The notes beneath the pieces were generated by a model. That model did no database searches, had not been told where the DNA came from, and was given only the letters and a program-made list of their open reading frames with translations. 64,000 bases of DNA, taken from assembly GCA_963704725.1 (NCBI GenBank), contig OY969934.1:256001-320000 (forward strand). The letters are read 5' to 3'. Position numbers and translations under genes: made by a program. Shown in pieces: positions 38,975-49,222 of this stretch. The DNA comes from an uncultured Actinomycetes bacterium (lineage in GTDB: Bacteria; Actinomycetota; UBA4738; HRBIN12). The first letter of the stretch is position 1, and the number at the start of each line of letters is the position of its first letter.

Positions 38975-40798
38975 GTGGCCGAGGAGAAGCCGTACCAGTC
39001 CCTGTACCGGAAGTACCGGCCGCAGGGCCCGAACGAGGTCCTCGGCCAGGACCACGTCACGAGGGCCCTGATGGGCGCGGTCCGCGAAGGACGCCTGGCG
39101 CACGCCTTCCTGTTCTGCGGGCCGCGAGGCACGGGCAAGACCTCCACCGCCCGGATCCTGGCCAAGATGGTCAACTGCGAGCAGGGCCCCACCCCCGAAC
39201 CTTGCGGCGTCTGCGACCAGTGCCTGCGGATCCGGGAGGGACAGCATCTCGACGTCGTCGAGATCGACGCGGCGAGCCACGGCGGCGTCGACGACGCCCG
39301 CGATCTCCGCGAGAAGGCGCCGACGGCGCCGGTCCAGGGCCGCGAGAAGGTCTACATCATCGACGAGGCCCAGCGCCTGTCGCGCGAGGCGTTCGACGCG
39401 CTGCTCAAGGTGTTCGAGGAGCCGCCGCCCGGCGTGCGGTTCGTGCTCGCCACCACGGAGCCCCACAAGATGCCCGCCACGATCGTCGGCCGGTGCCAGC
39501 GTTTCGACTTCCGCCGCGGCTCGATGGACGTGCTAACCGACCACCTCCTCCACGTCGCCAAAGACGAGAACGTCGCGCTCACCAAGGAAGCGGCACAGTC
39601 GATGGCCCGCCAGTCCGAGGGATCGTTCCGCGACTCGCTCTCGCTCCTCGACCAGGCCTCCGTGCTCGGCGGCGGGACGATCGACGAGGACGTCGTCGCC
39701 TCGCTCATCGGCACGGGTCGCCAGGACGTCCAGTACGCGCTCGCCGACGCGGTCGCCGTCGGCGACGCCAAAGGTGTGTTCGAGCTGGTCAGCCAGCTCG
39801 TCCACGAGGGCCAGGACATGCGCTTCGTGACCAACGAGGTCCTGGCGCACTTCCGCAACCTCCTCGTCGTCAAGACCGCCCCCGCCCAACCCGACCTCCT
39901 CGACATCACCGAGGACGAGGGCGAGAAACTCACCACCCAGGCCACCAAGTACTCGGCCCCCGAGCTCGCCCGCGTGATCTCCCTCCTCCTCGCCGCCCAG
40001 ACCGACATGCGCTGGACGACCTCCCCCCGCCTCTCCCTCGAGCTCGCCCTCGTCCGCTCCACCATCCCCGAAGCCGACGAGCGCCCGGAGGCCCTCGTCT
40101 CCCGCATCGAGCGCCTCGAGCGCATCGCCGGCTTGTCCGGTTCGGCGTCCGGCTCCGGGGTGCCGGCGCCAGGCTCCGGTTCCGCGGCGCCATTACCCTC
40201 GACGGATGCTCCGACGCCGGTGAGCGCCGCTCCACAGTCGCCCTCTGCCGACCCCCCTCCGCCGAAGCAAGCGCAGACCGCGGCCGGGGTCCGGGCGGAA
40301 GGCGACTCTGCGCCGCCGGCCGGAGAACCGACCGTGAAGCGATCACCGGCCGTGGATGCCGGCGGCGCTGTGGAGCCTGGAGCTCGGACCCCGGCCGCGA
40401 CCACGCCCGTGCTCGGGGCGGGAACGTCGGCGGTGGACGTCTCGATGCTGAGGTCGAACTGGCGGTCGGTGATCCAGCACCTGCAGACGGAGGGGAAGAA
40501 GGTGATCCCCTCGTTCCTGGAGGTGGGGACGCCGGCGGCGTTCGACGGGACGACGCTCGAGATCGTGTTCCCCCCGGATCGGAAGCTGGCGTGCTCGAAG
40601 GTGAAGGAGCGGGAGGGCGAGCTGCGGGACGCGCTGCACCAGCTCTTCGGGATCGCGCCGGCGATCGAGTGCGTGATGCGGGATCCGGTGGCGGGGATGG
40701 CGGACGTCGAGGACGACCCGCCGCTGTCGGAGGAGGAGGCGCTCGCCCGGTTGACGGCCGAGCTGGGGGCGACGCCGGCGACCGAGGACGGGGCGTAG
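38975..40798 (+). CDS. dnaX: DNA polymerase III subunit gamma/tau
   Basis: LYRKYRP, GPRGTGKT, Zn module, EIDAASH, IIDEA, RCQRFDF. Confidence 0.97.
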   Translation: MAEEKPYQSLYRKYRPQGPNEVLGQDHVTRALMGAVREGRLAHAFLFCGPRGTGKTSTARILAKMVNCEQGPTPEPCGVCDQCLRIREGQHLDVVEIDAASHGGVDDARDLREKAPTAPVQGREKVYIIDEAQRLSREAFDALLKVFEEPPPGVRFVLATTEPHKMPATIVGRCQRFDFRRGSMDVLTDHLLHVAKDENVALTKEAAQSMARQSEGSFRDSLSLLDQASVLGGGTIDEDVVASLIGTGRQDVQYALADAVAVGDAKGVFELVSQLVHEGQDMRFVTNEVLAHFRNLLVVKTAPAQPDLLDITEDEGEKLTTQATKYSAPELARVISLLLAAQTDMRWTTSPRLSLELALVRSTIPEADERPEALVSRIERLERIAGLSGSASGSGVPAPGSGSAAPLPSTDAPTPVSAAPQSPSADPPPPKQAQTAAGVRAEGDSAPPAGEPTVKRSPAVDAGGAVEPGARTPAATTPVLGAGTSAVDVSMLRSNWRSVIQHLQTEGKKVIPSFLEVGTPAAFDGTTLEIVFPPDRKLACSKVKEREGELRDALHQLFGIAPAIECVMRDPVAGMADVEDDPPLSEEEALARLTAELGATPATEDGA

Positions 40799-41392
40799 GT
40801 GTACGAGGGGCCGATCCAGGAGCTGGTCGACGAGCTCTCCCGGCTGCCGGGGATCGGGCCGAAGTCGGCGCAGCGGCTGGCGTTCTACCTGGTCAAGAGC
40901 GACGCGGTGGACGCCAAGCGGTTGGCCGAGGCGATCGTGCACGCGAAGGAACGCATCTCGTTCTGTCAGGAGTGCGGCAACGTCGCCGAGGGCGACCTCT
41001 GCCGGATCTGCCGGGACGAAGGCCGCGAGCGGACCACGCTCTGCGTCGTCGAGGAGCCCAAGGACGTCTCGACGATCGAGAAGGCCGGCGTGATCAAGGG
41101 GCGGTACCACGTGCTGGGCGGGGCGATCAGCCCGCTCGACGGGATCGGCCCCGAGGACCTGCGGACGCAGGAGCTCCTCGAGCGGGTTCAGCGCGACGGC
41201 GTCACCGAGGTGATCATCGCCACGAACCCCAACCTCGAAGGGAACGCCACCGCGATGTACGTGGCCGCCTTGCTGAAGCCGGCCGGCGTTCGGGTGACGA
41301 GACTCGCGAGCGGCCTTCCGGTAGGCGGCGATCTCGAGTACGCGGACGAGGTGACGCTCTCGCAAGCGCTCGAGGGCCGTCGCGAGATGTGA
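40799..41392 (+). CDS. recR: recombination mediator RecR
   Basis: [12 protein letters not shown]4 zinc finger, [22 protein letters not shown]. Confidence 0.98.
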   Translation: MYEGPIQELVDELSRLPGIGPKSAQRLAFYLVKSDAVDAKRLAEAIVHAKERISFCQECGNVAEGDLCRICRDEGRERTTLCVVEEPKDVSTIEKAGVIKGRYHVLGGAISPLDGIGPEDLRTQELLERVQRDGVTEVIIATNPNLEGNATAMYVAALLKPAGVRVTRLASGLPVGGDLEYADEVTLSQALEGRREM

Positions 41393-41417
41393 CCGGTCCG
41401 CGCCGCGGCGACCCGTC

Positions 41418-41810
41418 TCACCAGAGCGTCAGCGGGCGCGGATGCCGGTGCGTCCGGAGCTTGCGGTCCTTGGTGACGAGCCGACATCCGTGCTCGATCG
41501 CCGTCGCGTAGATCAAGCGGTCGGCGGGGTCGCCCGGGAACGAGGACGGCAAGGACACCGCGGTGGCCGCGATCGCGGGGGTCAGCGGAAGGGTCCGCAC
41601 CTGGGCGGCGAGCTGCTCGAGCCACGAGCGGACAGGGATGGTCACGGTGATCCGCTCGTGTTCGGCGAGCCACGCGAGCTCGAACCACGAGATGGCGGCG
41701 ACGGCGAGCTCGTCGGCTCCCCGCAAGGCCGCTGTCGCGGGTCGGCTCACCCGGTGTGCTTCCGCCGACCACCAGTGGAGGATGTGGCTGTCGAGCACCA
41801 GCATGGTCAC
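41418..41810 (-). CDS. vapC: VapC-family PIN toxin
   Basis: VLDSH, ISWFELA, GDPADRLIYATA, LVTKD. Confidence 0.92.
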   Translation of the reverse strand: MTMLVLDSHILHWWSAEAHRVSRPATAALRGADELAVAAISWFELAWLAEHERITVTIPVRSWLEQLAAQVRTLPLTPAIAATAVSLPSSFPGDPADRLIYATAIEHGCRLVTKDRKLRTHRHPRPLTLW

Positions 41811-42034
41811 GGGAGGTTCCACGACGCGTCCGTCGTGAACAGCTTCTCGTCCCGGCCTGCGGTCATCGCGATCCCGGTCAGACTCCCTTCGAGCGCCCGG
41901 GAGCCGCCGGCCGGAACGAGACGGGCCACGGTCCGGCCGTACTTGGTGATCTCGATCTCATCACCGGCGGCGACCTCGTCGAGCAGGGCGAGGATCTTGG
42001 CCTTCGCTTCGGTGGCGGTCAGTTTCTTGGACAT
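41807..42034 (-). CDS. Phd/YefM-family antitoxin
   Basis: TATEAKAKILALLDEV..GDEIEITKYGRTVARLVP; stop overlaps the toxin start. Confidence 0.92.
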   Translation of the reverse strand: MSKKLTATEAKAKILALLDEVAAGDEIEITKYGRTVARLVPAGGSRALEGSLTGIAMTAGRDEKLFTTDASWNLP

Positions 42035-42081
42035 ATGGTCATAATACAGGACACCATGCAAAGTGACCGGGATGGAAGCCC

Positions 42082-43104
42082 TCAGGCGACCCGGCGTCGC
42101 CGGACGATGACCACGACCATCCACGCCGCGGCGGCGATCACCATCAGCGGCAGCAGGTAGCCGAGCCCGACCACGATCCCTGCGATCACGCCGACGAACC
42201 CGGCGACGCCGCGCTCGAACGCGTTCGGGATGCTCGCCTTCTCGACCTCCTCGACGGGCCGGACGCCCTGCTCGCGCAGGTCGACCTGGATCGTCGCGAG
42301 CGACGTGCGGTTGTCGAGCACGTTGAGCTGGCCCTGGATCTCCTCGATGCGGAGCTGGGTGTCGTCGAGCGCGTTCTGCACGCGGATCGTCTGCTCGATC
42401 GTCGTGGCCTTGTCCATGAGGCGCAGGAGCACCTCACGTCGGGAGCGCGCGATGCGCAGCCGCGCGTGCAGGTCGACGTAGTCGGCCGTCACGTCTCGTC
42501 CCTCGATGCCCTGCACCTCGACGTCGCCGAGCTCGCGAAGCGCCCGGAGCGTGGGCTCGAAGCTCGCGGCGGGCACGCGGATAGTGAGGCTGCCCGCGCG
42601 CTTGCGGCTGGACGACGTCTGGACGTACCCGCCGTTGTCGTCCGCGATCTGCGAGACTCGCGAGAACCGATCGTTGAACGAATCGCGGGGGATCACCAGC
42701 ACGAGCTCGCCGGTTCGGATGACCCTCGATACGTCGGATGGCGGGCCTTCGGCTGGGACCCCGCCGCTGTGATCGTTGGGCGCGGGCGTCGTCGAGGGCG
42801 CGGCGAGACCGGGCAGAGCCTGGAACTCGTTGCCTCCGGCGGTAGAGCCCGTCGCTCCGGTCGCGGCCGATCCCCCCGTGACGCCTCCCACGGCGCCGCC
42901 TCCACCGGCGTCATCCGAGGGGCCACCGGTCACCACCAGCAAGCCGATGAGTCCGGCGAGTGCCAGCGTTACCCCGGCTCCCGCGAGGAGCGGCCGGGCC
43001 GATTGCCAGCGGTCTCGACTCCGCCGGCGCAGCTCCTTCACGCGGCGAGCGGCATCGTCCAGGTCCGCCCGGACGAGCTCGAGGTATCGGATGTCCGTGT
43101 CCAC
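42082..43104 (-). CDS. DUF4349-type membrane protein
   Basis: TM + linker, VIRTGEL, TIRVP, DVTADYVDL, IEEIQGQL, C-terminal TM. Confidence 0.85.
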   Translation of the reverse strand: MDTDIRYLELVRADLDDAARRVKELRRRSRDRWQSARPLLAGAGVTLALAGLIGLLVVTGGPSDDAGGGGAVGGVTGGSAATGATGSTAGGNEFQALPGLAAPSTTPAPNDHSGGVPAEGPPSDVSRVIRTGELVLVIPRDSFNDRFSRVSQIADDNGGYVQTSSSRKRAGSLTIRVPAASFEPTLRALRELGDVEVQGIEGRDVTADYVDLHARLRIARSRREVLLRLMDKATTIEQTIRVQNALDDTQLRIEEIQGQLNVLDNRTSLATIQVDLREQGVRPVEEVEKASIPNAFERGVAGFVGVIAGIVVGLGYLLPLMVIAAAAWMVVVIVRRRRVA

Positions 43105-43106
43105 GA

Positions 43107-43694
43107 TCAGCTCCCCGCTTCGGTCTCGATGCCGGTTCGGTCGAGCGAGGTGGCGAGACGCCGGAGGCCACGGCTCACGCGGGCGCGGGCCGTCTCCTCG
43201 GTGACCCGGAGCGTCTCGGCCACCTCACGGTAGGGGCGGCCCTCGATCACGCGAAGGGTGAGGGCCTCACGTTGCTCGCTCGATAGGACCGAGAACGCCT
43301 GCCCGATCTCGCGCCCCACCTTCTCGAAGTCGATGAGCTCCTCGATCCGGTCGTAGTCGTCGGACGAGAGGTCCCGGTCGGGCATCCCCAGCCGCTTCCG
43401 GGCCCGGGAGTCCACCGCCCCCCGGCGGAAGAAGCGCGAGAGCTGGTGCCGGGCGATCCCGTACAGCCACCCCACGCCGCCGAGGCCCCGGTCTCGGAAC
43501 CGCCTGCGGGACGCGAACGCCTCCGCGAAGGTCTCGGCCACCAGCTCGGCGGCGGCCTCGGGATCGAGCGTCCGCCGGGCGAAGTAGCTCAGGAACTCCT
43601 CGGCGTGGCGTTCGAACACCCGGCCGAACGCCTCCGGCTCGTCCCAGGAGCGGACGATCAGCTCGACGTCGCTCCAGTCCTCCCGCTTGTCCAT
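43107..43694 (-). CDS. ECF RNA polymerase sigma factor
   Basis: Region 2 ELVAETF..WLYGIAR; region 4 QREALTLR..YREVAETL..ARARVSRG. Confidence 0.93.
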   Translation of the reverse strand: MDKREDWSDVELIVRSWDEPEAFGRVFERHAEEFLSYFARRTLDPEAAAELVAETFAEAFASRRRFRDRGLGGVGWLYGIARHQLSRFFRRGAVDSRARKRLGMPDRDLSSDDYDRIEELIDFEKVGREIGQAFSVLSSEQREALTLRVIEGRPYREVAETLRVTEETARARVSRGLRRLATSLDRTGIETEAGS

Positions 43695-43777
43695 CCCCGC
43701 TCCGGCCGGATCGGTCGTCCCACCCCGACCATGCCACTTCCCCGGCGATCCGTGACCGTTGGTACGCTCCCGCGGCC

Positions 43778-45868
43778 ATGGCGGATGTGCTCGAGGAGTT
43801 CCCGCGGCAGGTCGCCCGGACCCGGGGGTTCACGCTCGGCGTGCCCCGCTCGTTCACCGTCTCGCCCGACGGCGAGCGGGTCGCGTTCCTGCGGACGAAG
43901 GCCGGCGACGACCCGGTGTCGTGCCTGTGGGTGTTCGATACCGCGAGCGGGGAGGAGCGCTGTGTCTTCGACCCCCGCCACCAGGCGGTCCCGGACGAGG
44001 AGCAGCTCACCGACGCCGAGCGGGCCCGGCGCGAGCGCGCCCGGGAGCGCTCCTCGGGGGTAACGGCGTACGCCACCGACCGGGACGTCCGGCGGGCGGT
44101 GTTCGCGGTCTCGGGACGGCTGTTCCTCGCGGATCTGGTGGAGGGTTCCGCCCGCGAGCTGGCCTCGCCCGGAGCGGTCGACGACCCCCGGCTGGACCCG
44201 CCCGGCGAGCGCATCGCGTTCGTCGTGGACGGTGCGCTCCACGTCCGCGAGATCGAGGGCGGAGACCGCGTCGTGGCCGCCGACGACGATCCGGACGTCT
44301 CGTGGGGGCTCGCCGAGTTCGTGGCGGCCGAGGAGATGGAGCGGATGCGGGGCTTCTGGTGGTCGCCGGACGGGACGACGATCGCGGCCGCCCGCGTCGA
44401 CGAGCGCCCCGTCCTCATCTGGCACATCGCCGACCAGACCGAGCCCGCCCGGCCGCCTCGCGCCGTGCGCTATCCCCAGGCGGGGACCGACGACGCCATC
44501 GTCACGCTCCATCTCGTCGAGGTCGCGACCGGCGAGCGGACCGAGGTCGGCTGGGACGCCGCGACGTTCCCGTACCTGGGGCGGTTCCACTGGGGCGACG
44601 TGGGGGCGCCGCTCGTGCTCGTCGTGTCGCGCGACCAGGGCCGGACGCGGCTGCTCGAGGTCGATCCCGCCACCGGGGGGACCACGCTCGTCCGCGAGGC
44701 CTCGGACCCCGAGTGGGTCGATCTCGTGGACGACGTCCCCGTGCGCCTGTCGGACGGCCGCGTCGTCGAGGTCGTCGCCGATCGAGAGGCCGACACGTAT
44801 CGGTTGTCCGTCGACGGCGTTTCGGTCACGCCGCCGGGGCTCCAGGTGCGCCAGGTGCTCGACGCCGGCGCCGAGGTGTGGTTCCGGGCGTCGCAGGAGC
44901 CGACCGAGATCCACGTCTGGCGATGGGCCGATGCGGAGGGTGCGGTCCCGGTGACCGAGGAGCCGGGCGTGCACGCCGCCTCCGTCGGCGGCGGTGGCAC
45001 GATCGTCGTGTCCTCGGCCACCCCGGGGTCGGCGCGCTCGACGACGACCGTGCAGCGCCACGGGGCGCTGGTCGGCGAGATCCACAACCTCGCCGAGGTC
45101 CCGGTCGTCGAGCCGCTGCCCTCGTTCACCGCGCTCGGCGCGCGCGAGCTCCGCACGGCGCTGCTGCTCCCCGGGGGGCGCGAGCCCGAGGGGTCCCTTC
45201 CCGTCCTGATGGATCCGTACGGGGGCCCCCACGGCGCTCGGGTCCTGAAGGCCGGCGGGCTGTTCCCCACCTCGCAGTGGTTCGCCGACCACGGGCTCGC
45301 CGTGCTCGTCGTCGACGGACGCGGCGTCGACGGCCGGGGGCCGGCGTGGGACCGGGAGATGCGGTTCGACTTCACGGTGGCGCTCGAGGATCAGGTCGAC
45401 GCGCTCCACGCGGCCGCCGAGCGCTACCCGTTCCTCGACCTGTCGCGCGTGGGGATCCGCGGTTGGTCGTTCGGCGGGTACCTCTCGGCGATGGCGGTGC
45501 TCCGGCGGCCGGACGTGTTCCACGCCGGCGTGGTCGGCGCCCCCGTGACCGACATGCGCCTGTACGACACGTACTACACCGAGCGGTTCTTCGGGCATCC
45601 GGACGAGCACCCGGACGTCTACGACCGCAACGCGATCCTTGAGGACGCGCCCAAGCTCGAACGGCCCATGCTGTTGATCCACGGGCTCGTGGACGACAAC
45701 GTCTACGTGGCGAACACGCTCCGACTCTCGACGGCGCTGTTCGAGGCGGGACGGCACCACGAGCTCGTCCTGATCCCGAACGCGACCCATCTCACGCGCT
45801 CGGAGGCCGTGACCGAGAACCTCCTGCGCGTCCAGCTCGACTTCCTGCGGCGATCCCTCGGCGTCTGA
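43778..45868 (+). CDS. S9 family peptidase (dipeptidyl peptidase IV-like)
   Basis: AAEEM, YGGP, GWSFGG nucleophile, IHGLVDDNV, His near the C-terminus. Confidence 0.95.
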   Translation: MADVLEEFPRQVARTRGFTLGVPRSFTVSPDGERVAFLRTKAGDDPVSCLWVFDTASGEERCVFDPRHQAVPDEEQLTDAERARRERARERSSGVTAYATDRDVRRAVFAVSGRLFLADLVEGSARELASPGAVDDPRLDPPGERIAFVVDGALHVREIEGGDRVVAADDDPDVSWGLAEFVAAEEMERMRGFWWSPDGTTIAAARVDERPVLIWHIADQTEPARPPRAVRYPQAGTDDAIVTLHLVEVATGERTEVGWDAATFPYLGRFHWGDVGAPLVLVVSRDQGRTRLLEVDPATGGTTLVREASDPEWVDLVDDVPVRLSDGRVVEVVADREADTYRLSVDGVSVTPPGLQVRQVLDAGAEVWFRASQEPTEIHVWRWADAEGAVPVTEEPGVHAASVGGGGTIVVSSATPGSARSTTTVQRHGALVGEIHNLAEVPVVEPLPSFTALGARELRTALLLPGGREPEGSLPVLMDPYGGPHGARVLKAGGLFPTSQWFADHGLAVLVVDGRGVDGRGPAWDREMRFDFTVALEDQVDALHAAAERYPFLDLSRVGIRGWSFGGYLSAMAVLRRPDVFHAGVVGAPVTDMRLYDTYYTERFFGHPDEHPDVYDRNAILEDAPKLERPMLLIHGLVDDNVYVANTLRLSTALFEAGRHHELVLIPNATHLTRSEAVTENLLRVQLDFLRRSLGV

Positions 45869-45913
45869 TCGCGCCTCCCCGGGCGGCCCGGAGCCCACTG
45901 CTACCCTTCGGCC

Positions 45914-47155
45914 ATGCCGATCGTGGTGCAGAAATACGGGGGGACCTCGGTCGGCGACGCCGAGCGGATCCAGCGCGTCGCCGAGCGCATCGCCCGGACC
46001 CGCGAGGAGGGCAACGACGTCGTCGTCGTGGTGTCGGCGATGGGCGAGACGACCGACGACCTCGTGGTGCTCGCCGCGCAGATCACGCCGGTCCCCGAGC
46101 CGCGCGAGATGGACATGCTCCTCACCGCGGGCGAGCGGATCGCCATGTCGCTGCTCGCGATCGCCGTGAACGCGCGGGGCTGCCGCGCCGCCTCCTACAC
46201 CGGCTCGCAGGCCGGGATCATCACGGACACCCACCACGGCAAGGCCAAGATCGTCGACATCCGCCCCGGCCGGATCCGCGAGTCGCTCGACGCCGGCAAC
46301 GTGGTGATCCTCGCCGGATACCAGGGCCTCTCGACGAACTACGACATCACCACGCTCGGCCGGGGCGGCTCGGACATGACCGCCGTGGCCATGGCGGCCG
46401 CGCTCGGCGCCGACGTGTGCGAGATCTACACGGACGTCGAGGGCGTGTTCACGGCGGATCCCCGCCTGGAGCCGAGGGCGCGCAAGCTCGACCGGGTGTC
46501 GTTCCACGAGATGCTCGAGCTCTCGGCGTCGGGCGCCAAGGTCCTGCAGCTTCGCTCCGTCGAGTACGCTCGACGGCACAACGTTCGGCTCCACGTGCGG
46601 CACTCGCAGCTCGAGGACGAGGGCACGTGGGTGGTGGAGGAGGACGAGATCCCCATGCTCGAACAGGCCCTGATCCGCGGCGTGGCGCTCGACGACGGCG
46701 AGGCGAAGGTCACGCTGGAGGACGTCCCCGACCGGCCCGGTATCGCGGCTCTGATCTTCAAGGCCGTCGCGGCGGAGGGGATCAACGTCGACACGATCGT
46801 GCAGAACGTCTCGCGCAAGGACCGCACCGACGTCTCGTTCACGGTCCCCCGGGACGACCTGCCGCGGATCGACGGCGTCCTGCAGGGGATCGTCACCGAC
46901 ATCGGCGCGATCCGCTACTCGACCGACGCCGGCATCGCCAAGCTCTCGCTCGTCGGCGCGGGGATGAAGAGCAACCCCGGCGTCGCGGCGGACATGTTCG
47001 ACGCGCTCGCCGCCGAGGGCATCAACATCGAGATGATCTCGACCTCCTCGATCCGGGTCTCCTGCGTGATCCGGGCCGGGGACGCCGAGCGCGCCGTCCG
47101 GGCCGTCCACCAGCGCTTCGGGCTCGAGGGCCCACCCATCCCGGACGAGGGCTGA
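45914..47155 (+). CDS. ask: aspartate kinase
   Basis: VQKYGGTSV, VVSAMG, TLGRGGSD, TDVEG, two ACT domains. Confidence 0.97.
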   Translation: MPIVVQKYGGTSVGDAERIQRVAERIARTREEGNDVVVVVSAMGETTDDLVVLAAQITPVPEPREMDMLLTAGERIAMSLLAIAVNARGCRAASYTGSQAGIITDTHHGKAKIVDIRPGRIRESLDAGNVVILAGYQGLSTNYDITTLGRGGSDMTAVAMAAALGADVCEIYTDVEGVFTADPRLEPRARKLDRVSFHEMLELSASGAKVLQLRSVEYARRHNVRLHVRHSQLEDEGTWVVEEDEIPMLEQALIRGVALDDGEAKVTLEDVPDRPGIAALIFKAVAAEGINVDTIVQNVSRKDRTDVSFTVPRDDLPRIDGVLQGIVTDIGAIRYSTDAGIAKLSLVGAGMKSNPGVAADMFDALAAEGINIEMISTSSIRVSCVIRAGDAERAVRAVHQRFGLEGPPIPDEG

Positions 47156-47202
47156 GCAGCCTCCCGGGCGGCCGGGTGCCCGGCCGCTACCATGGACCGA
47201 CC

Positions 47203-48237
47203 ATGCGCGTTGCCGTCGTCGGAGCCACGGGCGCCGTCGGCCGGAACATGGTCCGTCTCCTGCAGGAGCGCGACTTCCCGGTCGACGAGCTGATCCCGCT
47301 CGCGTCGGAACGGACGGCGGGCACACGGCTGCCGTTCCGCGGCGAGGATCGCGAGGTCGGCGTGCTCTCGCTCGACGCGCTCCGAGGCGTCGACGTCGCG
47401 CTCAGCTCGTGCGGGTCTGCCGCGGCGAAGACGTGGGTGCCGGCCGCGGCGGAGGCGGGCACGATCTGCATCGACAACTCGAGCGCGTTCCGCATGGAGC
47501 CGTGGGCGGAGCTGGTCATCCCCGAGGTGAACCCCGAGGCGCTTTCGAGCGGCGCCAGAGTCTTCGCCGTGCCGAACTGCACGATCATCACCACGCTGAT
47601 GGCGGTCGCGCCGCTGCATCGTGCCGCCGGGGTGCGGTCGCTCATCGTGAGCTCGTACCAGTCGGTCTCCGGCGCCGGGCAGAAGGGCGTTCGGGAGCTC
47701 GCCGAGCAGATCGAGAAGCTCCACGGCATGGAGGAGGAGCTCGGCCACCCCGACCTCGACGCGCTCCCGGTCGGGGACGTGTTCGGCAAGACGATCGCCT
47801 ACAACGTCGTGGCCAAGATCGACGTCTTCGACGAGGCGACGGGGTTCACGTTCGAGGAGATCAAGATGCACCGCGAGGCCAAACGGATCCTCTCGCTGCC
47901 CGAGCTCGACATCACCGCCACCTGCGTCCGGGTCCCGGTGCCGGTCGGCCACGCCGTCAGCGTCCACGCCACGTTCGACCGCCCGATCTCAACCGCCGAG
48001 GCCCGCGAGGTGCTCGCCGAGGCGCCCGGCGTCCAGCTCCGCGACGACCCGGCGGACGGCGTCTACCCCACCCCCCTCGAGGCGGCGGGCCTCGACGACG
48101 TGCTCGTCGGCCGGATCCGGCAGCCCGAGGGCCACGACGACGCCCTGCTCCTGTTCGCCTGCGGCGACAACCTCCGCAAGGGCGCGGCGCTCAACGCTGT
48201 CCAGATCGCAGAAGAGCTCATCCGGTCCCGTCGCTGA
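47203..48237 (+). CDS. asd: aspartate-semialdehyde dehydrogenase
   Basis: VGATGAVG, IDNSSAFR, PNCT, YQSVSGAG, CVRVPV, DNLRKGAALNAVQIAE. Confidence 0.97.
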   Translation: MRVAVVGATGAVGRNMVRLLQERDFPVDELIPLASERTAGTRLPFRGEDREVGVLSLDALRGVDVALSSCGSAAAKTWVPAAAEAGTICIDNSSAFRMEPWAELVIPEVNPEALSSGARVFAVPNCTIITTLMAVAPLHRAAGVRSLIVSSYQSVSGAGQKGVRELAEQIEKLHGMEEELGHPDLDALPVGDVFGKTIAYNVVAKIDVFDEATGFTFEEIKMHREAKRILSLPELDITATCVRVPVPVGHAVSVHATFDRPISTAEAREVLAEAPGVQLRDDPADGVYPTPLEAAGLDDVLVGRIRQPEGHDDALLLFACGDNLRKGAALNAVQIAEELIRSRR

Positions 48238-48256
48238 GGCATCTCGCGCCCCGGCG
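48238..48256 (+). repeat. 19-bp boundary site, copy 1 (degenerate 5' part)
   Basis: GGCATCTCGCGCCCCGGCG directly after the asd stop. Confidence 0.55.
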
Positions 48257-48310
48257 AGTTGGGCCACGTTCGAGTCGCTTGGCCGCTCTCCGTCCGTCAG
48301 AATCGACGTT

Positions 48311-48778
48311 GTGAATGAGACGGGCACTCGCTTGCCCCTCGCCCGCGTTCCTGAGACCGCAGTCAGACTCGGCTTCCTGGCTCTTGCGCTTATCGCGCTC
48401 TGGGCTGGCATCGCTCGGTGGAACGTCTGGGCCGAGGCGGGTCTCGGAGGTCGAACATCAGTGGCCGACTGGGTCATCTGGCTCGCGGTCGTCGCCTTGG
48501 CCGGCTTCTTCTTCGGCCTTGCCGCGGTGCCGCCGAGCACCCTTCGCTATCGGATCGGCCCTCCGCTGCTCTTGGCGGCAATCCCGGTGATGCTCCTCGC
48601 CCACACCGTGGTCCTGTTTGGCGTCAGGTGGGAGGCCCTACCCGACTTCTTGGCCACCCCTCGCTTCTATATGGACTCTCCATTCCAGTTTGGCCTAGCG
48701 ACATGGGTGGGCGTCGCCTTCGTTTCGGGGCTCCACTCGCGCACCGGCCCCAATCAAGAGGATGGTCTGAGCACATAA
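48311..48778 (+). CDS. hypothetical 4-TM membrane protein (unit 1)
   Basis: Four hydrophobic segments; relaxed codon bias; CAGAAT 7 nt before GTG. Confidence 0.75.
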   Translation: MNETGTRLPLARVPETAVRLGFLALALIALWAGIARWNVWAEAGLGGRTSVADWVIWLAVVALAGFFFGLAAVPPSTLRYRIGPPLLLAAIPVMLLAHTVVLFGVRWEALPDFLATPRFYMDSPFQFGLATWVGVAFVSGLHSRTGPNQEDGLST

Positions 48779-48795
48779 GTCCACGCGCCCTGGCG
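48777..48795 (+). repeat. 19-bp boundary site, copy 2
   Basis: AAGTCCACGCGCCCTGGCG, overlapping the TAA stop. Confidence 0.75.
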
Positions 48796-49222
48796 CGCGA
48801 GGCACCCTTAGGCGGGGTCGCTGGCGCGCGGCGAAACACGCGCTCATCATGGCGTCTATGGACTGGCTTCCGCCAAGATCGCTGGCGGCCCGCTCGCAGT
48901 GGGTCAAAGCGCGGCCGTGGCTAGCTGCCTGCTACCTCGCAACCTTCTCGTCGATCTTCATGGCCTTCGTGTTCCCCCTGCTAGCCGACGGCCCCGCGAG
49001 CGTTCGATTCAAGGTCACCCTCGGCTTGGTGATGTGGCCGGTGACCGTGCCGCTGTTCCATGCTGGTCTCAAGCGCGGGTGGGGCGAACGGCCAGATGCC
49101 GAGACTAGCCCCCCTCCGACGGCTCGCCGGATGTGGAGTCGCGCCTCGGACCGGATGGGTCTGCCCAGCCTTTGGTTGACTCCTGACGTGTGAGGATGAC
49201 CCTCACCGGAAGGAGGCAGCAG

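Noticed and set aside
38975-40798. Programmed frameshift generating DnaX gamma
   Set aside because: No A-AAA-AAG or poly-A slippage tract is visible.
21095-47326. Very long antisense or alternate-frame ORFs (21095-25237, 29842-33882, 43658-47326; likewise 4808-7756)
   Set aside because: Arg/Pro/Gly-rich shadows of real genes, expected at this GC content, with no recognisable motifs.
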